Positions 15,357 through 22,476 of a stretch of DNA of 24,000 nt are shown in pieces. This stretch comes from an uncultured Candidatus Micrarchaeota archaeon (GTDB lineage Archaea > Micrarchaeota > Micrarchaeia > Norongarragalinales > Norongarragalinaceae): positions 1,094 through 25,093 of the forward strand of contig CAITNU010000066.1 in the NCBI GenBank assembly GCA_903893865.1. Reading direction: 5' to 3'. The translations under genes and the position numbers were made by a program. Each line of letters starts with the position of its first letter. Position 1 is the first letter of the stretch. The notes under the pieces were generated by a model, which saw only the letters and a list, made by a program, of their open reading frames with translations, was not told the origin of the DNA and did not search any database.

Positions 15357-16661
15357 GTGGTTTTAATGGGTTTCGTCCGCCTCGGCTGCAAGCCAAACGA
15401 AAACGACTTGGTCGCGGAATACTACTTCGAGCCGGCGCGAGGCGTTACGCCGAAATACGCTTGCGAACAACTCGCCGCGGAAAGCTCTATCGGAACGTGG
15501 ACGGCAATCGCGACTCTCAAACCGCGAACTGCAGCGCGCCTCGCACCAAAAATTTTTCACCTCAAACGGCGCGGCGCGGGCTTCGTCGCGCGCATCGCTT
15601 ACCCAGACGAGCTTTTCGAAGCGGGTAGCGCGCCGCAGTTGATGAGCGCGATAGCCGGAAACGTTTTCGGCATGCGCGTGGTCGATTCGCTTCGCCTGAA
15701 CGATTTTACTTTGACGAAAACGCTGATCAACGCCTTCAAGGGCCCGCAACTCGGCATTTCAGGAGTCCGTAAAATGCTTCGCGTTCCGCGCCGCCCATTG
15801 TGTGGCACGATAATCAAACCGAAAGTCGGCTTGAACGAGCGAGAACACGCCGGCGTTGCTTACGATTGCTGGGTTAACGGACTCGACCTCGTGAAAGACG
15901 ATGAGAATCTCACGAGCATGCGATTCAATAATTTCGAGAAACGGCTCGCAGCCACGCTTGAAGCAATGGACCGCGCACAAAGCGAAACTGGCGAACGCAA
16001 GCTGTACGTCTGCAACGTCTCTGCGGAAACGAACGAGATGCTGCGCCGCGCACAACTCGTGAAAGACAACGGCGGAAACGTGACGATGATCGATATCCTC
16101 ACGTGCGGATGGAGCGCGTTGCAAACGCTGCGCGACGCGAACCTGCGGCTCGTTATTCACGCGCACCGCGCGGGGCACGCTGCGCTCACGCGCAACCCGC
16201 GCCACGGAATCAGCATGCTCGCCATCGCAAAACTCTCTCGCCTAATCGGAGTCGACTCGCTGCACGTCGGCGCGATTTACGGGAAAATGGAAGGCAACGC
16301 AAGCGAAGTCCTCGAACTCGTAAAAGAAATTCAGAGCCCGCGAGTTGCGAAAGACGAAGCGCAAGGCGCGCTCGAGCAAAACTGGTTCGGGCTCGCGCCT
16401 GTTTTCGCCGTCGCGAGCGGCGGATTGCACCCAGGCGTGCTCCCGCAAGTCGTTGCCGCGATGGGCAACGACGTGTTTCTTCAGGCGGGAGGCGGAGTCA
16501 GTGGGCATCCGGACGGCGTCGCTGCAGGCGCGAGGGCAACCCGACAGGCCATTGATGCCGTAAGCGCTGGAGTTCCTTTGCGTGAATACGCTTTTGAGCA
16601 CGTCGAGTTAAAGCGCGCGCTGGAAAAGTGGGAAACAACCTCGCCTAAGAGCGGGAAATAA
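15357..16661 (+). CDS. rbcL: Ribulose-1,5-bisphosphate carboxylase/oxygenase large subunit, archaeal form III type
   Basis: All catalytic motifs are present: GNVFGM, GTIIKPKVGL, DLVKDDENL (the carbamylated Lys and the metal ligands), IHAHRAGHAALTR, DSLHVGA..GKMEG, VASGGLHPG and QAGGGVSGHP. No small-subunit gene is present. The length (~431-434 aa) fits form III. An alternative start is ATG 15366. Confidence 0.9.
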   Translation: MVLMGFVRLGCKPNENDLVAEYYFEPARGVTPKYACEQLAAESSIGTWTAIATLKPRTAARLAPKIFHLKRRGAGFVARIAYPDELFEAGSAPQLMSAIAGNVFGMRVVDSLRLNDFTLTKTLINAFKGPQLGISGVRKMLRVPRRPLCGTIIKPKVGLNEREHAGVAYDCWVNGLDLVKDDENLTSMRFNNFEKRLAATLEAMDRAQSETGERKLYVCNVSAETNEMLRRAQLVKDNGGNVTMIDILTCGWSALQTLRDANLRLVIHAHRAGHAALTRNPRHGISMLAIAKLSRLIGVDSLHVGAIYGKMEGNASEVLELVKEIQSPRVAKDEAQGALEQNWFGLAPVFAVASGGLHPGVLPQVVAAMGNDVFLQAGGGVSGHPDGVAAGARATRQAIDAVSAGVPLREYAFEHVELKRALEKWETTSPKSGK

Positions 16662-16666
16662 GCGAG

Positions 16667-16676
16667 TATTATATAC
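16667..16676 (+). promoter_or_regulatory. TATA-like box, about 27 nt before ATG 16699 (leaderless-type spacing)
   Basis: TATTATATAC is centred near 16672. No SD-like element lies between it and the ATG. Confidence 0.35.
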
Positions 16677-16698
16677 TAATTTGATACGAATTTAGTTT

Positions 16699-18309
16699 AT
16701 GGCCAGACTGAGATGTATTGTATTTTTTGTTGTTTTCATTTTACTATACTCTGTTAATTTTATTCGCGCTGAAAGTTTTGGTCCTCTGCATCCAACGTTT
16801 TTGAATTATTTCGGCAGCCCAATTTCAACTTACGGATCGCCTTCAAACTCGATTGATAATGCTATATTTGACCAATCGACATATTGGCGTTTTATAGGCG
16901 AAGGAAACTATGGCGCTGATTTTTCTTTGCCCATTCAACAAGGTGTTCCTAATTGTATAACTATTTATACAGTAAGTTCTGGTAATAAAGAAATTTTTTT
17001 AAAAACTAATTCTGAAAATTATGTTTTTGTTTATTCTGTTGAACCTGGTAACGGCGAGCTATTCCACTCAGGCTCACTGTGTGGCTCAAATTATCTTCAA
17101 CAAGATAATTCAATAATAGTTAGCGTTCGTTTAAATGAACGAGGCGCTACTCACTACCTTCACGACGTCGCCATTTCTTATACGGTATTCGCTCCATCTC
17201 CAAGCCCATCACCCAGTCCAAATCCAGCACCTAGCTCAAGTCCGTCATCTAATCCGTCGCCGTCTGCAGACGCTTCAACGACTCCGACTCCAATTGCGAG
17301 CGCGGCACCAACGCCGACAGTGACTGCAACGCCTACGGAAACGCCGTCTATAACGCCAACTCCGACGTCCAGTGCCACGCCGACTGCAAGTGCGAGCGCG
17401 ACAACGAGCGCAAGCGCAACGCCTTGCGCTACTCCTTCGGCAACGATTACGCCGACGACGACTGCAACGCCAACGGTTTGGGTGACGCTAACGCCTATGC
17501 CCTCACTGGCTTCGCTTACGACGTCGCCTTGCGCGACTCCGCGCGCCTCGCCTTCAGCTTTCGCTGCGTCTCGCGTCGCTGTGGACATTCGTTGCGCGAA
17601 CGAGTTTGAAATCGGAACGCAGCGCGTCGTCGTTTTCGTGGACGGTTCGCCAGCGCACGGCGTCTTGTGGCTCGACGACGGCGCGGGAAGCAGGTTCGAA
17701 CGCTTTCTGGAAACGGACGGTTCGACGCAATTCTTTTTCTCTACGCCAGGCGAGTGGACGCTCGGCTTCGCCGACGCAACGAAAAAAGTTCGCGTGAAAG
17801 AGAAAAACGTTTTCGCTGCACCAACTCTCGCGGAATTAAGCGGCTCAAAAGGAGGAGCGAACGGAGCGGGAGGCGCGGGAACGGGCGCATCAAACGCGTT
17901 GACCGGATTCTTCAACTGGGGCGTGAGTCCCGAGTGGATTGCCGTAGCGGTGCTGTTCTTAGCGCTCGCGGGCGTCGCGTACTATCGCATTTATTATTCC
18001 GCGTCAAGACTCCGCAAATCGTTCGACGGAAAAAGAGTGCGCTTGGAATTAAGCGCCGGGCGAGGCGATTTGAACGGCGTGATTTTAGTCGATTACGCGC
18101 CCGAGGAAGCGGTCGCCGCCTCGTTTTCCGAAAAACCGAGCGTTAGCGAAACTGTTACGGGAAAAGTGTTCAAGTGGCGGCGCGAAACGCTGGCCGCGGG
18201 AGAAGCGTGGGTAATCGAATACGATTTGCGCGAAGTTGACGGCGAGCGGCTGAAGAAAGCGGAAGCTTTCTGCGATTCCGGCGGCAAGCGCTTGAACCTA
18301 TTTTCTTGA
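16699..18309 (+). CDS. Large surface protein: signal peptide, AT-rich-encoded N-terminal domain, Pro/Ser/Thr linker, beta-rich domain, TM helix, ~100 aa cytoplasmic tail domain
   Basis: The signal peptide is MARLRCIVFFVVFILLYSVNFIRAES. The linker runs PSPSPSPSPNPAPSS...TPTVTATPTETPSITPTPTSS. The TM helix is WIAVAVLFLALAGVAYYRIYY, followed by SRLRKSFDGKR. I recognise no family. Confidence 0.7.
   Translation: MARLRCIVFFVVFILLYSVNFIRAESFGPLHPTFLNYFGSPISTYGSPSNSIDNAIFDQSTYWRFIGEGNYGADFSLPIQQGVPNCITIYTVSSGNKEIFLKTNSENYVFVYSVEPGNGELFHSGSLCGSNYLQQDNSIIVSVRLNERGATHYLHDVAISYTVFAPSPSPSPSPNPAPSSSPSSNPSPSADASTTPTPIASAAPTPTVTATPTETPSITPTPTSSATPTASASATTSASATPCATPSATITPTTTATPTVWVTLTPMPSLASLTTSPCATPRASPSAFAASRVAVDIRCANEFEIGTQRVVVFVDGSPAHGVLWLDDGAGSRFERFLETDGSTQFFFSTPGEWTLGFADATKKVRVKEKNVFAAPTLAELSGSKGGANGAGGAGTGASNALTGFFNWGVSPEWIAVAVLFLALAGVAYYRIYYSASRLRKSFDGKRVRLELSAGRGDLNGVILVDYAPEEAVAASFSEKPSVSETVTGKVFKWRRETLAAGEAWVIEYDLREVDGERLKKAEAFCDSGGKRLNLFS
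17191..17559 (+). repeat. Low-complexity Pro/Ser/Thr/Ala linker-coding region
   Basis: There are ~120 codons of reiterated (P/A)(S/T) units (gcaacgcc/acgccgac-type repeats). This region generates the spurious antisense ORF 17178..17915. Confidence 0.8.
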
Positions 18310-18432
18310 AAAGCGCTTTGCGCGAACCGCTGTGAGCGGGGACGGGCAGGCGTAAACTGCGAGCGCGCGGCGATCGTGCGTAGAGCGCGGGTTTTTTATT
18401 TAAGCTACGGGTAACGAGTTCAGGTGATTGAA

Positions 18433-19557
18433 TTGAACCGTTTAGCCGTCGTTTTCGCCTTCGTTGCTTTGACTATTGTTTTCGCCGGATGCGTCCAGGA
18501 AAAACAGTGGCCCGCTTCGCCAACGCCGTTCGTTGCAAGCGTTACGCCGAGCACTGCGGCTTCGCTTACGCCGACTCCGACTGCTACAAGAACGCCAACG
18601 CCTACAGCGACTGCGCAAACACCGACGCCTTCGCCGAGCCCTTCACCAGCGCCTTCGACTACCGCGCCGTCCTGCATTTTGACTGCAACCCCTAACTCGT
18701 TCGTCGGCCCAATAACTAACGTAGTTTTGGCTGCTGCATTCAAAAACCTGCCTTCGAGCGCAACTACGGCCACGCTTAAGTGCTTCAGCGGCGACGTCGG
18801 CCAAAGCGTCTCAATCGGTTCGCAAGGCGGCGCGTTCCGCTCTTGCGTTTACCCGCTCGCGCCGTTAGGCGGAACGACTTACGAAGCCAGCGCGAACGCG
18901 GGAGGCGCTTCTTGCACGGCGTCGCTCACGAACGGATACAACGCGTCGGCCGCACCGATTATTTCGAGCGTTGCGGCAACTGCGAGCACAAACAACGCGA
19001 CGATTACGTGGACCACTGATGTGGCGAGCGACGGCAAAGTAGAGTATGGCTTGAATGCGTCTTACGGTTTGAACTCGACTTTGAATTCATCGTTGTTGAC
19101 GAGTCACGTGGTTGTGTTGACGGGGCTCGCTGCTTCAACAACGTTTTACTACCGCGTTTGGAGTTGCAATTCGTTGAACGTTTGCGCCTCCGCCACGAGT
19201 TCCACCGGCGTTTTTAGTACTACTGCGCCGTCGCCGACTCCGACTTGGTCTTTTACGGCGCTGCCTTCGAGTTTTACCGCAACTTTGAATGCAGGCAATA
19301 ACTGGAATACGACGCAATCCATTACTTTCTTGAACACGGGAAACCAGGCGTTGAGCGGAATAGTTTGCTCCGTTAATGACACTTCAATTGCTTCCGCACC
19401 GTCTTGCCCGTCGACGTTGGTTGTGAACGGTTCGTTCGCCGCGGGGTTCACTATTCAAAACACTACGAGTATCAACGGCATTTACGGCTTGACGCTTACT
19501 TTCCAAGCAACGAATGCGACTGCGCAGACCTCCTCAGGCACAGTAACAATAACGTGA
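18433..19557 (+). CDS. Secreted/lipobox-type surface protein with Pro/Thr linker and fibronectin type III-like domain
   Basis: An AGGTGA SD at 18422-18427 lies 5 nt before TTG 18433, giving MNRLAVVFAFVALTIVFAGC (lipobox-like FAGC). The track uses GTG 18424, which sits inside the SD. The Fn3-like signature is APIISSVAATASTNNATITWTTDVASDGKVEYGLNASYGLNSTLNSSLLTSHVVVLTGLAASTTFYYRVWS. There are many N-x-S/T sequons. Confidence 0.7.
   Translation: MNRLAVVFAFVALTIVFAGCVQEKQWPASPTPFVASVTPSTAASLTPTPTATRTPTPTATAQTPTPSPSPSPAPSTTAPSCILTATPNSFVGPITNVVLAAAFKNLPSSATTATLKCFSGDVGQSVSIGSQGGAFRSCVYPLAPLGGTTYEASANAGGASCTASLTNGYNASAAPIISSVAATASTNNATITWTTDVASDGKVEYGLNASYGLNSTLNSSLLTSHVVVLTGLAASTTFYYRVWSCNSLNVCASATSSTGVFSTTAPSPTPTWSFTALPSSFTATLNAGNNWNTTQSITFLNTGNQALSGIVCSVNDTSIASAPSCPSTLVVNGSFAAGFTIQNTTSINGIYGLTLTFQATNATAQTSSGTVTIT
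18515..18672 (+). repeat. Low-complexity Pro/Thr/Ser linker-coding region
   Basis: It encodes ASPTPFVASVTPSTAASLTPTPTATRTPTPTATAQTPTPSPSPSPAPSTTAPS and produces the antisense artefact ORF 18420..18773. Confidence 0.8.
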
Positions 19558-19636
19558 ACTGCCGAGTTGTTTTCAAGCGCAGCTGGCGAAATACCGACGA
19601 GAACATTAAAGTTGTCATCTAATTTTTCGGCGTGTT

Positions 19637-20197
19637 TTATTCTTCGTGCCTTGCGGGCGGCTTCGTGAACAAATAGTACTTCGCTTCGCCTTCCAGCTCG
19701 TGAATGATGCGCTCGACGATCAAATCCTCGATGTGGCGCAAGTGCGGAACGCGGCCGCGCACGTCCTCAAAAGACTCGAACTTCTTGCGGTCGCGCGCCT
19801 CGAGAATCGCGGCCAAATGCTTTTTCCCAACGCTCGGAATGTGCTCGAGAGTGTGCGCGCGAATGTTGATCGCGCCAGCTCGGTTGAAAAAGTCAACGAA
19901 AAACGCTTCGCGCTCCTTAACCATCTTCTTGATTACGAGCCTGGCCTCGTTTTGCGCGCTCGACGTCAAATCGCGCCACTGCACGCGTCCCTTCACGTGG
20001 TCGATTTTTTCTCTTTCCCCGCCGCCGATGTAAACGCGTTCCTCCGCCTTGAGTTTCGCCTCTGGCTTCGGCACGACTTCAAGCAGCGTAAAAAAAGTTT
20101 CGCCGACGATTTGCGCGACGGGCTCGCGCTGCGCTTCGCCTGATTTCCCGTAAGGCAAGTAGTCTAACACTAGCGCGTACTCTTCCCGCCGCTCCAT
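19637..20197 (-). CDS. DUF655-family protein (predicted OB-fold + helix-hairpin-helix nucleic-acid-binding protein, COG1491-like)
   Basis: EEYALVLDYLPYGK...EPVAQIVGETFFTLLEVVPK...ERVYIGGGEREKIDHVKGR...FVDFFNRAGAINIRAHTLEHIPSVGKKHLAAILEAR...FESFEDV. It sits in the conserved archaeal position downstream of rpl21e-rpoF. Confidence 0.8.
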   Translation of the reverse strand: MERREEYALVLDYLPYGKSGEAQREPVAQIVGETFFTLLEVVPKPEAKLKAEERVYIGGGEREKIDHVKGRVQWRDLTSSAQNEARLVIKKMVKEREAFFVDFFNRAGAINIRAHTLEHIPSVGKKHLAAILEARDRKKFESFEDVRGRVPHLRHIEDLIVERIIHELEGEAKYYLFTKPPARHEE

Positions 20198-20343
20198 TTT
20201 CCTTCAACCCGTCCTTCAACAGCTTCAGCCAACCCTTTTAATCCGTTTTTTCCAGTAAGTGTTTGTTCAACCGCATTAAAAAAAGCTTTGAGAGGACACT
20301 AAAACTCGGGTTTCACGCTTTCGCGCTTTCCCAGCAGCGCGCC

Positions 20344-20709
20344 TCACTTTTTCGGCGAGTACTCCTTGATTATCTTCAAAACCTGCTTCGCTTGCTCGGG
20401 CGTAGCGCCGCTCTTCTCGCCGCCCGCAAGAATCGCGCGCACCTCGTTTTCAAAACGAGGCATGTTGTTCAAGAGGCTCGCGATTTGCGTTTCGCTCAAG
20501 AAACCGAGGCCCGCGAGTTCCTTTGCCATCTCGCGTCCGTCCTTTTCGCCGAGAGCGGCGAATTCCTCGAAGTAAGCGAGCGTATTCTGCTGTTCGTAGC
20601 CGAGCGGTCCATCCTTCCTCCGCTTTTCGAGGAGAGCGCGCGCTTCAGGCAACGCGATTATTTTTTCTTCCTTGGCGTCCATTCCGAAACCACCGCTAGC
20701 CGTTTGCAT
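20344..20709 (-). CDS. rpoF: DNA-directed RNA polymerase subunit F (Rpo4)
   Basis: ~112-121 aa. ALPEARALLEKRRKDGPLGYEQQNTLAYFEEFA...LSETQIASLLNNMP is RpoF/Rpo4-like. It is in the conserved L21e-RpoF-DUF655 gene order. An alternative start is ATG 20682 (MDAKEEK). Confidence 0.8.
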   Translation of the reverse strand: MQTASGGFGMDAKEEKIIALPEARALLEKRRKDGPLGYEQQNTLAYFEEFAALGEKDGREMAKELAGLGFLSETQIASLLNNMPRFENEVRAILAGGEKSGATPEQAKQVLKIIKEYSPKK

Positions 20710-20724
20710 TTCGTCTTGTGCAGC

Positions 20725-21003
20725 TTACGCCGGCGTCAAGTGCGCGTTCGCCACAACGAGTTTCTTCGTTTTTCCGCCGTCCTTGAAGACGATTTCAAAG
20801 CACGAACCGCGCTTCGCCGCTACCGAACCGATTTTGTTGTTGAAGCGCAGCGTGTTCGGCTTGCCCGCTTGAACGCTCGGGTTCACGCGAATGCGCACGC
20901 GCGCTCCCACGGCGTACGAACGCAATCTCGCTGCCGCGCTTAAACGTCCTAGAGAACGCACGTTCCTGCTGCGTTTGACTATTCCGCCGTGACTCTTCTT
21001 CAT
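20725..21003 (-). CDS. rpl21e: 50S ribosomal protein L21e
   Basis: 92 aa: MKKSHGGIVKRSRNVRS...YAVGARVRIRVNPSVQAGKPNTLRFNNKIGSVAAKRGSCFEIVFKDGGKTKKLVVANAHL. This has the L21e SH3-like core pattern (P..F.G..G.V...RG..Y.V......K.). Confidence 0.9.
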   Translation of the reverse strand: MKKSHGGIVKRSRNVRSLGRLSAAARLRSYAVGARVRIRVNPSVQAGKPNTLRFNNKIGSVAAKRGSCFEIVFKDGGKTKKLVVANAHLTPA

Positions 21004-21230
21004 TCGAAAAAACCCCAGAAAATCCGCGCGCGACGCAATAAACCCGCGGGATTGAGGTTAGTATAGGAAAAACGGCTTATATAAACGTTTTTAAACCCCA
21101 ACATGCGAAACATTTATAAATCAATGCGAAAAGCGGGTTTAAAAAGGGAAGGCACGGCGTGGAGCGTTGCGGAGTGTCACGAGGAGTCGCGGCGAAGCGC
21201 GACGCATCTGCGCTAGGCGGGTGATTGCGT

Positions 21231-21533
21231 ATGGCGAGAAAGAGATACCGGGTTAACACGAATTTTAAAGTCGAGAATATCGTCGCGAGCGCGAACTTGG
21301 ACGTGGAACTCGATTTGTTCAACATAGCGATGAAAGTCGACAACGTCGAGTACGAACCGGAACAGTTTCCCGGCGCCATAATGCGCTTGAAGGACATGGG
21401 AACTACGCTGCTCTTATTCAAGAACGGTAAAGTCATTTGCAGCGGCGCCAAAAGCGAAAAGCAAATCGGGAGAAGCGTCAAGCGAGCCGCCGAGCTCCTC
21501 CGCAACTACATGAAGCCGCACCCGAAAGAGTGA
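21231..21533 (+). CDS. Single-repeat (half-size) TATA-box-binding-protein-like protein
   Basis: 100 aa: MARKRYRVNTNFKVENIVASANLDVELDLFNIAMKVDNVEYEPEQFPGAIMRLKDMGTTLLLFKNGKVICSGAKSEKQIGRSVKRAAELLRNY. This is one complete TBP repeat (ENIVAS..LDL..EYEPEQFPG...LLF.SGK.VC(S/T)GAKS). A stop at 21222-21224 lies upstream in frame, and a stop plus T-tract lies downstream. GGGTGAT SD at 21219-21225. Confidence 0.8.
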   Translation: MARKRYRVNTNFKVENIVASANLDVELDLFNIAMKVDNVEYEPEQFPGAIMRLKDMGTTLLLFKNGKVICSGAKSEKQIGRSVKRAAELLRNYMKPHPKE

Positions 21534-21558
21534 AAACGCCGTTTAGCGTAAAGCGAGC

Positions 21559-21568
21559 TTTTTTTTAA
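21559..21568 (+). promoter_or_regulatory. T-tract / TATA-like element between the TBP-like gene and the SLT gene
   Basis: gagCTTTTTTTTAAGcc may act as an oligo-T terminator for 21231..21533. It is also centred ~27 nt before ATG 21591 (leaderless-type spacing). A similar AGCTTTTTTAAGC occurs at 7721-7733. Confidence 0.35.
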
Positions 21569-21590
21569 GCCGTAAAGCATAGTAGTACTT

Positions 21591-22430
21591 ATGAAAACAA
21601 ACCGCCCGCATTTTTTGGTTCCCGCAATCGCATTATTTTTATTTCTGGCTTTTTTAGTTTCGCGCGTTAGCGCCGCTTTGCCCGCCTGCTCCGACGACTC
21701 GGTTTGCGTGTATTCAGGCCAAACGGCGATGGATTATCTCGCCCAACTCGAAAAAGAACCCGCAGTAGTTTCTGAAGAAGCAGCTTCAACCGCGCTGACA
21801 ACAGTCCGCGAAATAACTAGCTCGATGCCGGAGTCTACAATCGATTCGAAGCAATTCGAAACACTATATAACGGACGCTGGTGCAAGGGACTCGAAGACA
21901 ACAGCATCGAACCATACGAGATTGCTTCCGGCCAGCCCCAACTCTCGTGGGAACAAGTAATAGTGATGGTTTCCAAGAAGACGGGCGTAAAACCACAATA
22001 CTTGTGCACGTTGCTTTGGATGGAAAGTCGCGGAGACGCTTACGACGTTGGACTCGACGGCGAGTGCGGCGCTTTTCAAACAATGCCTCAATACTACCAG
22101 AATTACGAGGATTATTGCTCATCCTATCGAAGTTCTTATGCTTTCGTGGGCAAGACGTGCGAGCGCGACAAGTGGGGCAATTATCCTTTCAACGCCTACC
22201 CCAAGGCCGAACTCCATTACGACGACTCTTCAAACTGCTTCCACCCGCTGAATTCGGCGACAGCCGGCGCGATGGAGTTAGCAGCAAAACTCAAGGAAGC
22301 TGGCGGCGACGTGCGCGAGGCATTCCGCAGATACAACGGTTCGGGACCTGCCGCGGTAGCTTACGCCGACAAGGCGTACAACCATCTGCAAAACATTGTT
22401 AACGACGCGCCAGTCGCGCTAGTGGGATGA
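21591..22430 (+). CDS. Secreted lytic transglycosylase-like protein (SLT / GH23-type domain)
   Basis: The signal peptide is MKTNRPHFLVPAIALFLFLAFLVSRVSAA. The SLT motifs are LLWMESRGDAYDVGLDGECGAFQTMPQYY (the catalytic E-S and a GLMQ-like GAFQ), AGAMELAAKL, and FRRYNGSGPAAVAYA (AYNAG-like). GC is lower than in flanking genes. Confidence 0.65.
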   Translation: MKTNRPHFLVPAIALFLFLAFLVSRVSAALPACSDDSVCVYSGQTAMDYLAQLEKEPAVVSEEAASTALTTVREITSSMPESTIDSKQFETLYNGRWCKGLEDNSIEPYEIASGQPQLSWEQVIVMVSKKTGVKPQYLCTLLWMESRGDAYDVGLDGECGAFQTMPQYYQNYEDYCSSYRSSYAFVGKTCERDKWGNYPFNAYPKAELHYDDSSNCFHPLNSATAGAMELAAKLKEAGGDVREAFRRYNGSGPAAVAYADKAYNHLQNIVNDAPVALVG

Positions 22431-22476
22431 AAACGTTGCTCTTAGTCGAGCGCGTTTCTGAATTAAGGAGATTTTC

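Noticed and set aside
16699-17190. The AT-rich module as a possible diversity-generating retroelement (DGR) target.
   Set aside because: No reverse transcriptase gene and no template-repeat copy of this segment is visible in the window. Only the compositional mosaic is retained, as a finding.
17178-17915. A 245-aa minus-strand ORF; likewise 18420..18773 on the minus strand.
   Set aside because: These are Gly/Val/Ala-rich antisense readings of the Pro/Thr/Ser linker repeats of the + strand surface-protein genes.
18061-18069. An RGD tripeptide in the C-terminal tail of the 536-aa surface protein.
   Set aside because: It is a three-residue motif expected by chance, and it is predicted to lie on the cytoplasmic side of the TM helix.
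21077-21505. A 142-aa minus-strand ORF overlapping the TBP-like gene and its promoter region.
   Set aside because: It is antisense to a clearly recognisable TBP repeat and runs through TATA-rich intergenic DNA. It has no recognisable features.
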